From contig OZ244999.1 of NCBI GenBank assembly GCA_965223265.1, positions 2,720,001 to 2,784,000 of the forward strand: a stretch of 64,000 nt of DNA, read 5' to 3'. The notes under the pieces are model-generated. The model made no database searches and was not told where the DNA came from. It worked only from the letters and a program-made list of their open reading frames with translations. The first letter of the stretch is position 1. Each line of letters opens with the position of its first letter. The translations under genes and the position numbers were made by a program. The DNA comes from Planctomycetota bacterium (lineage in GTDB: Bacteria; Planctomycetota; UBA8108; SXIK01). Shown here piece by piece: positions 1 to 8,412 of the stretch.

Positions 1-72
1 CGGAGTCTTGGGGCTGCGCCGATGTCGGCACGACGCTGCAGTGCCGTACCGAGTTCGCGAACGCTCCTCACT

Positions 73-1854
73 TCATTGACACGTCGTGCGCTCACACCCA
101 AGACTCGCTCCAGGTTCGGGGTCCGCGCCGCAGTTTGGATGCGGCGCTGGTGGGACCTCGCTGCCAGCGAGGAAAAGAAAGTTGAAGATGAAGACGGCGT
201 CGGCGATATCGCTCGAAGCATCGTCGTTGGCATTGCATGCCTCGACGCAAGAGGGTAGCTCGGAACCGGCGACGAACAGTGCGTTGAGGTGAAAGATGCC
301 GTCGGAGATGTCGAGGAAGAGGTCGCCGTTGCAGTCGCCACGGAGGAACGCCGAGTTGTCTTTCTGGTTGCCGAAATTGATACCTTCGACGATTTCTCCG
401 GATGCGAGTTTGACGACATGGGCACCACTCGTTGGTGCCTGCGGCGTCGGAAACGTCTGCCGAAAGCCATCAGGGGCGACTTCGCGGACGGTGTGAGTCC
501 CAGGCTGAACGTTCAACCAGTAAAGTCCAGTTTCGTCGAAAGCGGTGACTGGGCTGTCGTCCATGGTGATGGTCAACGGCTCGCCGGCGTCGAGGATTCC
601 ATTGTCGTTGAAGTCGAGAAAGATGGTGACGCCGGCGAGGCCAGGCTCGTTCTGATCACGCCGGCCGTTACCGTTACGATCGAGCCACTTGACGCCGTGA
701 ACGCTTGCGGGCTGGACTTCGTGGTTGCCAAAGTTGAGCCCCTCGACGACGACGCCCGAGGCAAGAACGACGCTATGAAAACCATTCACTGGGAACGTCT
801 GTGCGAAGCCGTCGGGAACAACTTCGCGTATGGTGTAGGTCCCGGGCTGCGCTTCGAGCCAGTAGAGTCCCGACTCGTCGAACTGAGTGTTGGGATTGTC
901 GGTCATGGAGACGGCCGATGGTTCGGCAGCGTCGAGGAAGCCGTTGTCGTTGAGGTCGAGGTAGATGGTGACGCCGGCCAGGCCAGGCTCGTTCTGATCA
1001 CGCCGACCGTTACCGTCGCGGTCGAGCCACTTGACGCCGTGGACGCTTGCGGGCTGGACCTCGTGGTTGCCAAAGTCGAGCCCCTCGACGACGACGCCGG
1101 AGGCAAGAACGACGCTATGAAAACCATTTGCCGGGAACGTCTGTATAAAGCCGTTGGGAACAACCTCGCGGATGGTGTAGGCTCCGGGCTGCGCTTCGAG
1201 CCAATAGAGACCGGTCTCGTCGAACTGAGTGTTGGGATTGTCGGTCATGGAGACGGCCGATGGTTCGGCAGCGTCGAGGAAGCCGTTGTCGTTGAGGTCG
1301 AGGTAGATGGTGACGCCAGCCAGGCCAGGCTCGTTCTGATCACGCTGGGCGTTTCCGTTACGGTCAAGCCACTTGACGCCGTGAACACTGGCCGGTTCGA
1401 TCTTCTGAAGTCCGAAGTTGATACCCCGAACGTTCGTTCCCGCACTGACTTTGATAAGATGGGCGCCACCGTTACTGGTCGGAAATGTTTGACTGAACCC
1501 GTCAGGAACGATTTCCCGCACGACGAAAGTTCCTGGCCCGGTAACGAACTGAAAGATTCCAGTTTCGTCAACGCCGGTCGACGGATCGTCGGACAAGCTG
1601 TTGATGGCCGGCTCGCCTCGGTCGAGAAAGCCGTTCTCGTTCAGATCGAGGTAGACGACGACGCCCGCAAGGCCTGGTTCATTCGCGTCACGATTTCCGT
1701 CACCGTTGGCGTCCGACCACACGGAGCCGCGTATGCTTTCACTCGGAAGTCCGCCGAGCAAGACTCGTCGATCCTGAACGGGGTGTCGTGACACCATCGG
1801 TTCGAAGAATATACAGACCAGCGTGATCGACAGAACGAGCGCCGTGCGGTTCAT
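73..1854 (-). CDS. Secreted SdrD B-like repeat protein (4 repeats) with C-terminal Cys-rich dockerin-like tag
   Basis: Signal-peptide-like N-terminus and GGAGG RBS. Four ~114-aa repeats of G.KW.D.NGNG.RD.NEPGLAGVTIYLD.N.NG..D..EP...YTIREV.P.GF.QT.P. C-terminus FLRGDCNGD..LDISD...C..ACNANDD..SDIAD...FLF...PP.P.P.CG. Confidence 0.9.
   Translation of the reverse strand: MNRTALVLSITLVCIFFEPMVSRHPVQDRRVLLGGLPSESIRGSVWSDANGDGNRDANEPGLAGVVVYLDLNENGFLDRGEPAINSLSDDPSTGVDETGIFQFVTGPGTFVVREIVPDGFSQTFPTSNGGAHLIKVSAGTNVRGINFGLQKIEPASVHGVKWLDRNGNAQRDQNEPGLAGVTIYLDLNDNGFLDAAEPSAVSMTDNPNTQFDETGLYWLEAQPGAYTIREVVPNGFIQTFPANGFHSVVLASGVVVEGLDFGNHEVQPASVHGVKWLDRDGNGRRDQNEPGLAGVTIYLDLNDNGFLDAAEPSAVSMTDNPNTQFDESGLYWLEAQPGTYTIREVVPDGFAQTFPVNGFHSVVLASGVVVEGLNFGNHEVQPASVHGVKWLDRNGNGRRDQNEPGLAGVTIFLDFNDNGILDAGEPLTITMDDSPVTAFDETGLYWLNVQPGTHTVREVAPDGFRQTFPTPQAPTSGAHVVKLASGEIVEGINFGNQKDNSAFLRGDCNGDLFLDISDGIFHLNALFVAGSELPSCVEACNANDDASSDIADAVFIFNFLFLAGSEVPPAPHPNCGADPEPGASLGCERTTCQ
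352..1737 (-). repeat. Intragenic tandem repeat, ~342-nt unit
   Basis: GGGCTGCGCTTCGAGCCA occurs at 844 and 1186 (342 nt apart). An ~100-nt identical block lies at about 876-975 and 1218-1317. Outer limits are approximate. Confidence 0.85.
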
Positions 1855-2172
1855 GATGCACCTCCTGATCGCACGCGCTCGGAGCGGCGCGAACAGGGGA
1901 GGTGTTCACACCGTGCCTTGGAACGTCCGACCTCGATCCCTAAAATGCCTCGCCACCCTAACGGACGACGATGCCTCTTTTTCCCTACGTTACGCCCCTA
2001 ATATATCAACCCCGGGAGTTTTCGCCTCGTCAATTGTAGCTGATCGGATGTCGTGACGCGGAGCGGCAGGCACCCAAAGTAGCAGACACACTCCTTGTGT
2101 TCTTTTGGCTGCGAAGCGCAGAGCGCGCCCGCTACTTCGAACGAAGCTTCGCGGGTAGCGAAAAGTGTGCCT

Positions 2173-3276
2173 CTAATCCAGGGACGCCGCTTGCGGATCC
2201 CATATGGTCGCGGCGATCGTGCGGATCGGCTCGCCTTCGGTGTGGTAGTAGTACACCGTGACGCACTTTCCGTCGGGGCGCTCGACCGTGCGCGGATAGC
2301 CGATATCCCAGCTGCCACCATCGCGACGCAGGACGATTTCGTCGCCCCAGGTTTGACCTTCGTCCTGCGACAGGCGTGCGCGCAGGCCGTACGGGGCGCG
2401 GCGCCAACCGTAAGTCATCGCAAGGGCGCCACTCTTCAGACGCGTCAGCGTCGCAGGATTGCCGGCATTGTCGATCCGCGGCCTTTCCAAGAGATACCAC
2501 GAGCGGCCGTCGTCGGGTGAGACAAACGCCTCGAGCCACCATCGCCTCTCACCGTCGAACACGCCGCCGCGCCGAATCATGCTCAGATAACCGTCGCCCC
2601 GCAGCCGCACCGTCGCCGGCATGATGGCGTAACCGTATCTGGCAGGAGGCTGCTCGCCGATCCAGCCAACGAGATTCCAGGTGCGCCCTCCATCGGTCGT
2701 GCGCATGCACAATGGCTGACCCTCCTTGCCGCCTTCCTTCTGCGCCGCCACAAATGCCGTCACGCGGTCGGCGCCTTCGACGATGTAGTCTGTACGGCAG
2801 AGCAGGCCGGGACGTCCGAAGGTTGGCAAGCTATAGGGTCCCTCCCACGTCTTGCAGCGGTCGTGCGAATAGTAGAGAGCGCCGCCGTTGAATCTCAACG
2901 CGAGATCGGACGCGCTGAAATCTATGCCGTTGCGTAAGGTGTTCGGCGCGTCCGCGGAGTTGGGACTGCCGGCGTTGCTCGCCGTCTCCAGCGTCCACGT
3001 CTCGCCGCCGTCGAGACTACGCGCCTGCCGCTTTTCCGACGGACGATCACGGTCGATATCATGTCCGCCGGTGGGGTTTTTCTTGTAGTGGCCGAGCGTG
3101 AATCCGACGACGATTTCGTTCTCCCACGACCAAATGCCGTAGTTGGCAGGCCAGCCGGCAAACCGACCGGACTCCGTGCAGACGTCGACGTGGCGCGTCG
3201 GTGTTGCCGTCGTTTGATTGTGAGCTGCGAACGTGATGGCCGCTGCGACGGTAACGATCACGGATGTGCGAAGCAT
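2173..3276 (-). CDS. Secreted BNR/Asp-box beta-propeller protein (sialidase-like family)
   Basis: Start moved to MLRTSVIV (AGGAGA RBS, signal peptide). Asp-boxes SLDGGETW, SHDRCKTW, TTDGGRTW, SPDDGRSW, SQDEGQTW. DIGYP motif near the C-terminus. Confidence 0.85.
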   Translation of the reverse strand: MLRTSVIVTVAAAITFAAHNQTTATPTRHVDVCTESGRFAGWPANYGIWSWENEIVVGFTLGHYKKNPTGGHDIDRDRPSEKRQARSLDGGETWTLETASNAGSPNSADAPNTLRNGIDFSASDLALRFNGGALYYSHDRCKTWEGPYSLPTFGRPGLLCRTDYIVEGADRVTAFVAAQKEGGKEGQPLCMRTTDGGRTWNLVGWIGEQPPARYGYAIMPATVRLRGDGYLSMIRRGGVFDGERRWWLEAFVSPDDGRSWYLLERPRIDNAGNPATLTRLKSGALAMTYGWRRAPYGLRARLSQDEGQTWGDEIVLRRDGGSWDIGYPRTVERPDGKCVTVYYYHTEGEPIRTIAATIWDPQAASLD

Positions 3277-3609
3277 GGGGTCTTTCTCCTTTGTTGAGTG
3301 TCGTTCGAACAGTCTCGCCCAGCACCAACACTTTGACCACGAAGAAACAGGCAGTTCGTAGAATCGTGGTCGATCTCGTCGCTCTGCCGCCGACGCTCTC
3401 CCTGCCGGTGCATACTTGTCTCGCGGCTTGGGGCGCGAGTTGCTCTCGTGCACGGTGGTGAGGGGCCGTGAAAGATTTCCGATTGCCGAGCGATCCCCGG
3501 GCATCGGGCGAACCATTCTGAAGCGCTGTCGTGACTGGCCAACGGCCTCCTATCCGTTGCCGCGTGTTGGAACAGACACTTTGCCAGCTTTTGAGCTCGG
3601 CGTACGAGA

Positions 3610-6600
3610 TTGAAACTTGAACACACTTGCGCCGCTCATGAGCTGCGAGGAAGATGGAGGCAATCTTCTGCGCTATTCCCTTTGTCTTTTTGCGCTCCTC
3701 TGATTTCCGTGCTCAGAACGTACACACTCGTCGCGCTTGTTTGGCTCTTCACGCCCGCCCTGATGGCGCAGGAGTTGGTGATCTCGGAGTTTCTAGCCTC
3801 GAACCAAGGCGGGCTTCGAGACGAAGACGGCGACAGCGCAGACTGGGTCGAACTCTTCAACCCCGGCGCCAACGCAGTCGACCTCGCCGGTTGGGCGCTG
3901 ACGGATGATCGGGCAGCGCTTCGCAAATGGGTTTTTCCGGCGCGCCAGATTGGACCGCGACAGCACCTCCTCGTCTTCGCGTCCGGCAAAGACCGAGCAC
4001 CGGATACCGGCGAGCTGCACACGAACTTTCAGCTGCAGTCAGGCGGGGAGTATCTGGGGCTCGTGTCTCCCACCGCTACGGTTGTGCACGAATACGCTCC
4101 CGAGTTTCGCCCGCAGAGGGAGAACATCTCGTACGGCCTCGCGGCGCGAGACCTCTCGCTGCTGCCAAGCGATGCAGCGGTCACTTGGCACGTTCCTTCG
4201 GATGGCACGCTCGACGCCGTCTGGATGCTACCCGAGTTTGATGACTCGGCCTGGTTTGAGGGCGCTCTACCTGTTGGGTTCGAGTCGGAGACTCCAAACG
4301 CCGCCAATTTCTACGCTGCCGTGATCGCTGACGAACCTGAACTCGCGGCGTACTGGCGGTGCGGCGACAGCGACACTGTCGTGCGCGACGAATTGAGGCG
4401 GCGCCAGGGCGAGTACGTCGGCGATTTCTCGCTCGGAGCTCCTGGTGCGATCATTGGTGACGACGACACAGCCGTCGATTTCGTCGTCGGCTCGGTCGTG
4501 TTTCCACCGGAGCCGCCCTTGCGTCTGACCGAGGCCTCCTTCAGCATCGAAGCGTGGGTGCAGCCGGATCTGAGTGGCCCGTTCCAGTGGATTGCGTCGA
4601 GAGACGACAGCCTGTCTCTCGTTGACTACATGGTCGGGTTTTCTCCCAGCGGCCGCGTGCGCTTCGTAACGCAGGGCGGACGCAACACGCTCAACACGGA
4701 GGCGCTGACTCTGGATGGTGAGCAGTGGTACCACATCGTCGCCGTGCAGGATGCTGCCGCGAGGACGAAGACGATTTACGTCAACGGCGAAGTCGCTGGG
4801 CAGCGCGAGCTCGGGGTCGGGTTACCACCGACCTCGCTCGAGAACGGTCTTCGTCTTGGCGCACGTTCGGATCGCGGCGGTCGCCAGCACCTAGATGGAC
4901 GTCTGGACGAAGTCGCGCTGTACCGGCGTGCGTTGACGGAGACCGAAGTGCGACGTCATTTCGATCTCGCTTCGACGCCTAGAGGCTTCGAGCCGCTCAT
5001 CGCGACGAATCTGCGTGCCGCAATGAGAAATCAAAACTCCTCAGTTTATCTGCGCATCCCATTCGACTTGAACACTCAGCACTCGCTCGACACCCTCGAG
5101 CTGCAAGTGCGCTACGACGACGGCTTCATCGCCTATCTCAACGGAGTGGAAGTGGCGAAGCGCAATGCGGATCTGGCCGTGTGGAATGCCGCTGCCAACA
5201 CTGATCGCCCGAAGCGGGCGAGCCTGCGCGCTGAGGTCATTGATCTGTTGGGCGCGCGCGAGCTCTTGCGTCCGGGCGGAAACGTTGTCGCGATTCACGG
5301 CTTCAATGACGCCGTTGACGGCAGCGATTTCATCGTTTCGGCGCGGCTGGACGCACGCACGGTGCCGGTACCTGGGTATTTTCCGGAGGTGACGCCGGGA
5401 CGCACAAACTCTGCGAACTTCGTCGACTTCGTCGGTGACACGAGATTTAGCCGCGATCGAGGCTTCTACGACGAAACGTTCGAGGTTGTGATCAGCACGT
5501 CGACGCCGGAGGCCGTCATTCGCTACACAACGAATGGGTCTCCACCCATGGCGGACACTGGTCAAGTGTACGACGGTCCGATTTTGATCGACCGTACGAC
5601 CATCCTGCGAGCTGCTGCGTTCAAGGGTGGATACATTCCGACGAATGTCGACACGCACACTTACATTTTTCTTGATGACGTCCTTGTCCAGGATGGGAGC
5701 GCTGCCCCGGCGACCTGGGGCCCGACTCCGGCGGACTACGCCATGGATGCGACAGTCGTCAACGACCCGCGGTACTCGGGGCAGTTCCGTGACGCACTCA
5801 CAGCCCTGCCAACGTTGTCGATCGTCATGCCGCAGGCCGATCTTTTCGGTGCTGATGGCATCTATTCCAACCCGACGCGAACCGGAATCGTTTGGGAGCG
5901 TGCGGCGTCCGTCGAGTACTTCGGTGACGGCGCGGCGGGATCATTTCAAGTCGACGCCGGTGCCCGCATGCACGGCGGCAGCAGTCGGCGGCCGGACATC
6001 ACACCGCAGCATTCTCTGCGTCTGCACTTTCGCGGCGAGTACGGCACCCCGCGTCTGAATTTCCCGCTGTTTCCGGATTCTGACGTCGAGAGCTTCGACA
6101 CACTCGTGGTGAGCGCGAGCTCGAGCGACAATTGGACGAGTGCCAACACCGCGACCGGAGCCGTGGCGCAGTTCATCCGTGACCAGTGGGCACGGGACGT
6201 GCAGCGACAGATGGGGCACGAGTGGGTGCCAGGTCGTTTCGTGCACCTCTACCTCAATGGGCTCTATTGGGGGCTCTACAATCTTGTCGAGCGCGTCGAC
6301 GATGGGTTTGCTTCGACGCACTTTGGTGGCGAGAAACTTGAATATGATGTCATCGTCGACGGCGAAACGAGAAGCGGCAATTCGATCGCTTGGCGAGAGC
6401 TGCTCAGCAGCGCACGTGCGGCAGACTTCGATGCGGTGTCCAGGCTTTTAGATGTGGACAACTTCATCGACTACATGCTGATCAACATGTTCACAGGCAA
6501 CTGGGACTGGCCCGATCACAACTGGGCCGCGATCCGTCGCCGCGTACCCGATGGTCGATTTCGTTTTCCGGTGTGGGATGCCGAAGTCGGCCTTGGCCTC

Positions 6601-8094
6601 GACGTCAATGTTCCTGGCCCGATCGTCGCCAATGTTCTGGACGTCGATTTGACTGGAGAGCGCGCGGACGTCGCCAGCTCTGATGTGGCCAACGGTCCAG
6701 GTGAGATCTACAACCGACTCCGTGGAGATCCTGAGTTTCGCTTGTGGTTCGCGGATCGGCTGCAAGAGCATCTCGTCGGTGACGGCGCTCTGGCTGCAGA
6801 ACAGGCCACTGCGCTTTACGAGGTGCGCGCCGGTGAAATCGAAACCGCACTTCTCGGCGAGTCGGCGCGTTGGGGCGACGTGCGTCGCACGCCGCCAGAC
6901 GTGCCGGACGGGCGCTGGCTCACTGAGCGGCGGTGGATTGTCGACACGTTTTTTCCCGCACGACCGTCGATCGTGCTGGAGCAGTTTCGGCGTCACGATC
7001 TCTTTCCAGCAGTGGCTGCGCCGCTCTTCAATCATCCCGGTGGTGTCGTCGACGCAGGTTTTGCTTGGCGGGCTTCGACTGCGTCAGGAGGAGACGGCAG
7101 GATTTTCTACACGCTCGACGGCGCCGACCCTCGACGTATTGGTGGCGGCGTCTCGGGGGCTGCCCTGGCGTTTGACGTCTCAGGCGAGCAGCCGCTCAGG
7201 CGGACAACAAGGATCAAGGCCCGTACGCTTCAGAGCGGCGTTTGGAGTGCCGCGAACTCCGCGACGTACTACGTTAGCACTCCGGCCCTTCGCATCTCGG
7301 AACTCATGTACCATCCTCTCGAGCGGATCGACGAAAGCGAGTTCGACAGCGACGAGTTCGAATTCATCGAGCTGCTGAACATCGGGCCGCAGCCGATCAA
7401 TCTGACGGGCGTGCGTTTCACCGCGGGAATTGACTTCGTGTTCCCTGAGGAGCCTCACCCGGACGCCGACTTGGCGCCCGGCGAGGTCGTGCTCGTCGTG
7501 CGCAATTTCGAGGCGTTTGCCAGTCGTTATGACACGACAGGGCTCTATGTCGCGGGCGAGTTCACCGGCAACCTGGCGAACAACGGCGAGCGGGTCGCGC
7601 TGCACGATGCGACGGATCGAATCGTCTTTGAGTTCACCTATGACGATGCATGGTTTCCGGCGACGGATGGCGGCGGTCGCTCGTTGGTGCCTGACGAGGT
7701 GAGCGGTGATTCGGTCATGCTACGTGAGCGGTCCGGATGGCGTGCGGGTGCGGAGACCGGCGGTTCACCCGGAGTTGTCGAAGGTGAGAGCATCCTCGAC
7801 GGCTTCCAGCTGCCTGGCGATGTGAATCAAAGCGGCACGCTCGACCACTCTGATGCGATTTCACTTTTGAGGTACCTGTTCGCAGAGAACGGCGGTGCGC
7901 TCCCGTGCTTAGGCGGGTCGATGGCATCCCGCGCCAATGTGGCGCTCGCTGACGTCGACGGTAGCGCTCGCGTGAACGTCACGGACGCTATCTATGTACT
8001 GCGCCATCTTTTTGTCGGTGGACCGCCTCCGGCCTTGGGTACAGAGTGCGTGCCGCTCGCCGGGTGTCCCTCAATTTGCGCGGGCGCTCAGTAG
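3610..8094 (+). CDS. Lamin-tail / jelly-roll / LamG / Fn3-associated / CotH kinase / lamin-tail protein with C-terminal dockerin-like tag
   Basis: LTD motifs VISEFLASN...DWVELFN and ISELMYHP...EFIEL. LamG motifs FSIEAWV...WYHIVAV...LDEVALY. IRYTTNGS.P and IFYTLDGADP. CotH motifs HLYLNGLYWGLYNLVER, NWDWPDHNW, WDAE. QLPGDVN tail. The true start may be somewhat downstream. Confidence 0.9.
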   Translation: MKLEHTCAAHELRGRWRQSSALFPLSFCAPLISVLRTYTLVALVWLFTPALMAQELVISEFLASNQGGLRDEDGDSADWVELFNPGANAVDLAGWALTDDRAALRKWVFPARQIGPRQHLLVFASGKDRAPDTGELHTNFQLQSGGEYLGLVSPTATVVHEYAPEFRPQRENISYGLAARDLSLLPSDAAVTWHVPSDGTLDAVWMLPEFDDSAWFEGALPVGFESETPNAANFYAAVIADEPELAAYWRCGDSDTVVRDELRRRQGEYVGDFSLGAPGAIIGDDDTAVDFVVGSVVFPPEPPLRLTEASFSIEAWVQPDLSGPFQWIASRDDSLSLVDYMVGFSPSGRVRFVTQGGRNTLNTEALTLDGEQWYHIVAVQDAAARTKTIYVNGEVAGQRELGVGLPPTSLENGLRLGARSDRGGRQHLDGRLDEVALYRRALTETEVRRHFDLASTPRGFEPLIATNLRAAMRNQNSSVYLRIPFDLNTQHSLDTLELQVRYDDGFIAYLNGVEVAKRNADLAVWNAAANTDRPKRASLRAEVIDLLGARELLRPGGNVVAIHGFNDAVDGSDFIVSARLDARTVPVPGYFPEVTPGRTNSANFVDFVGDTRFSRDRGFYDETFEVVISTSTPEAVIRYTTNGSPPMADTGQVYDGPILIDRTTILRAAAFKGGYIPTNVDTHTYIFLDDVLVQDGSAAPATWGPTPADYAMDATVVNDPRYSGQFRDALTALPTLSIVMPQADLFGADGIYSNPTRTGIVWERAASVEYFGDGAAGSFQVDAGARMHGGSSRRPDITPQHSLRLHFRGEYGTPRLNFPLFPDSDVESFDTLVVSASSSDNWTSANTATGAVAQFIRDQWARDVQRQMGHEWVPGRFVHLYLNGLYWGLYNLVERVDDGFASTHFGGEKLEYDVIVDGETRSGNSIAWRELLSSARAADFDAVSRLLDVDNFIDYMLINMFTGNWDWPDHNWAAIRRRVPDGRFRFPVWDAEVGLGLDVNVPGPIVANVLDVDLTGERADVASSDVANGPGEIYNRLRGDPEFRLWFADRLQEHLVGDGALAAEQATALYEVRAGEIETALLGESARWGDVRRTPPDVPDGRWLTERRWIVDTFFPARPSIVLEQFRRHDLFPAVAAPLFNHPGGVVDAGFAWRASTASGGDGRIFYTLDGADPRRIGGGVSGAALAFDVSGEQPLRRTTRIKARTLQSGVWSAANSATYYVSTPALRISELMYHPLERIDESEFDSDEFEFIELLNIGPQPINLTGVRFTAGIDFVFPEEPHPDADLAPGEVVLVVRNFEAFASRYDTTGLYVAGEFTGNLANNGERVALHDATDRIVFEFTYDDAWFPATDGGGRSLVPDEVSGDSVMLRERSGWRAGAETGGSPGVVEGESILDGFQLPGDVNQSGTLDHSDAISLLRYLFAENGGALPCLGGSMASRANVALADVDGSARVNVTDAIYVLRHLFVGGPPPALGTECVPLAGCPSICAGAQ

Positions 8095-8412
8095 GACGCA
8101 GTTTTCGGTGAAGTGTCGGGACTTCGTAACCGGCTTTCGGTCCTGGACTCGCCTGTCGAGCGTCTGACGGCTTGCGGTCACGGACGCCTCTCGTAGTCGG
8201 AGTGAAATCACCGCTCAGGCTTCGGGCTCCACCGCCGCACGAAGAACGCCGCATGTCCATAGCAGCCCTGTGCGCCATGGGGACACCTCGCCACCGAGTT
8301 CTCGGGGCAGGCGCGGTTCCGAACAGCGTTTCATCGATTGTGGAGCGTTTATCGTCGAGTCAACGACGAGTCGTCGAACGCTCGGAACTCGACCAATTGG
8401 AAGGGGGTCAGC

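Noticed and set aside
289-1791. 500-aa plus-strand ORF
   Set aside because: Antisense shadow of the SdrD-repeat gene, typical of GC-rich DNA.
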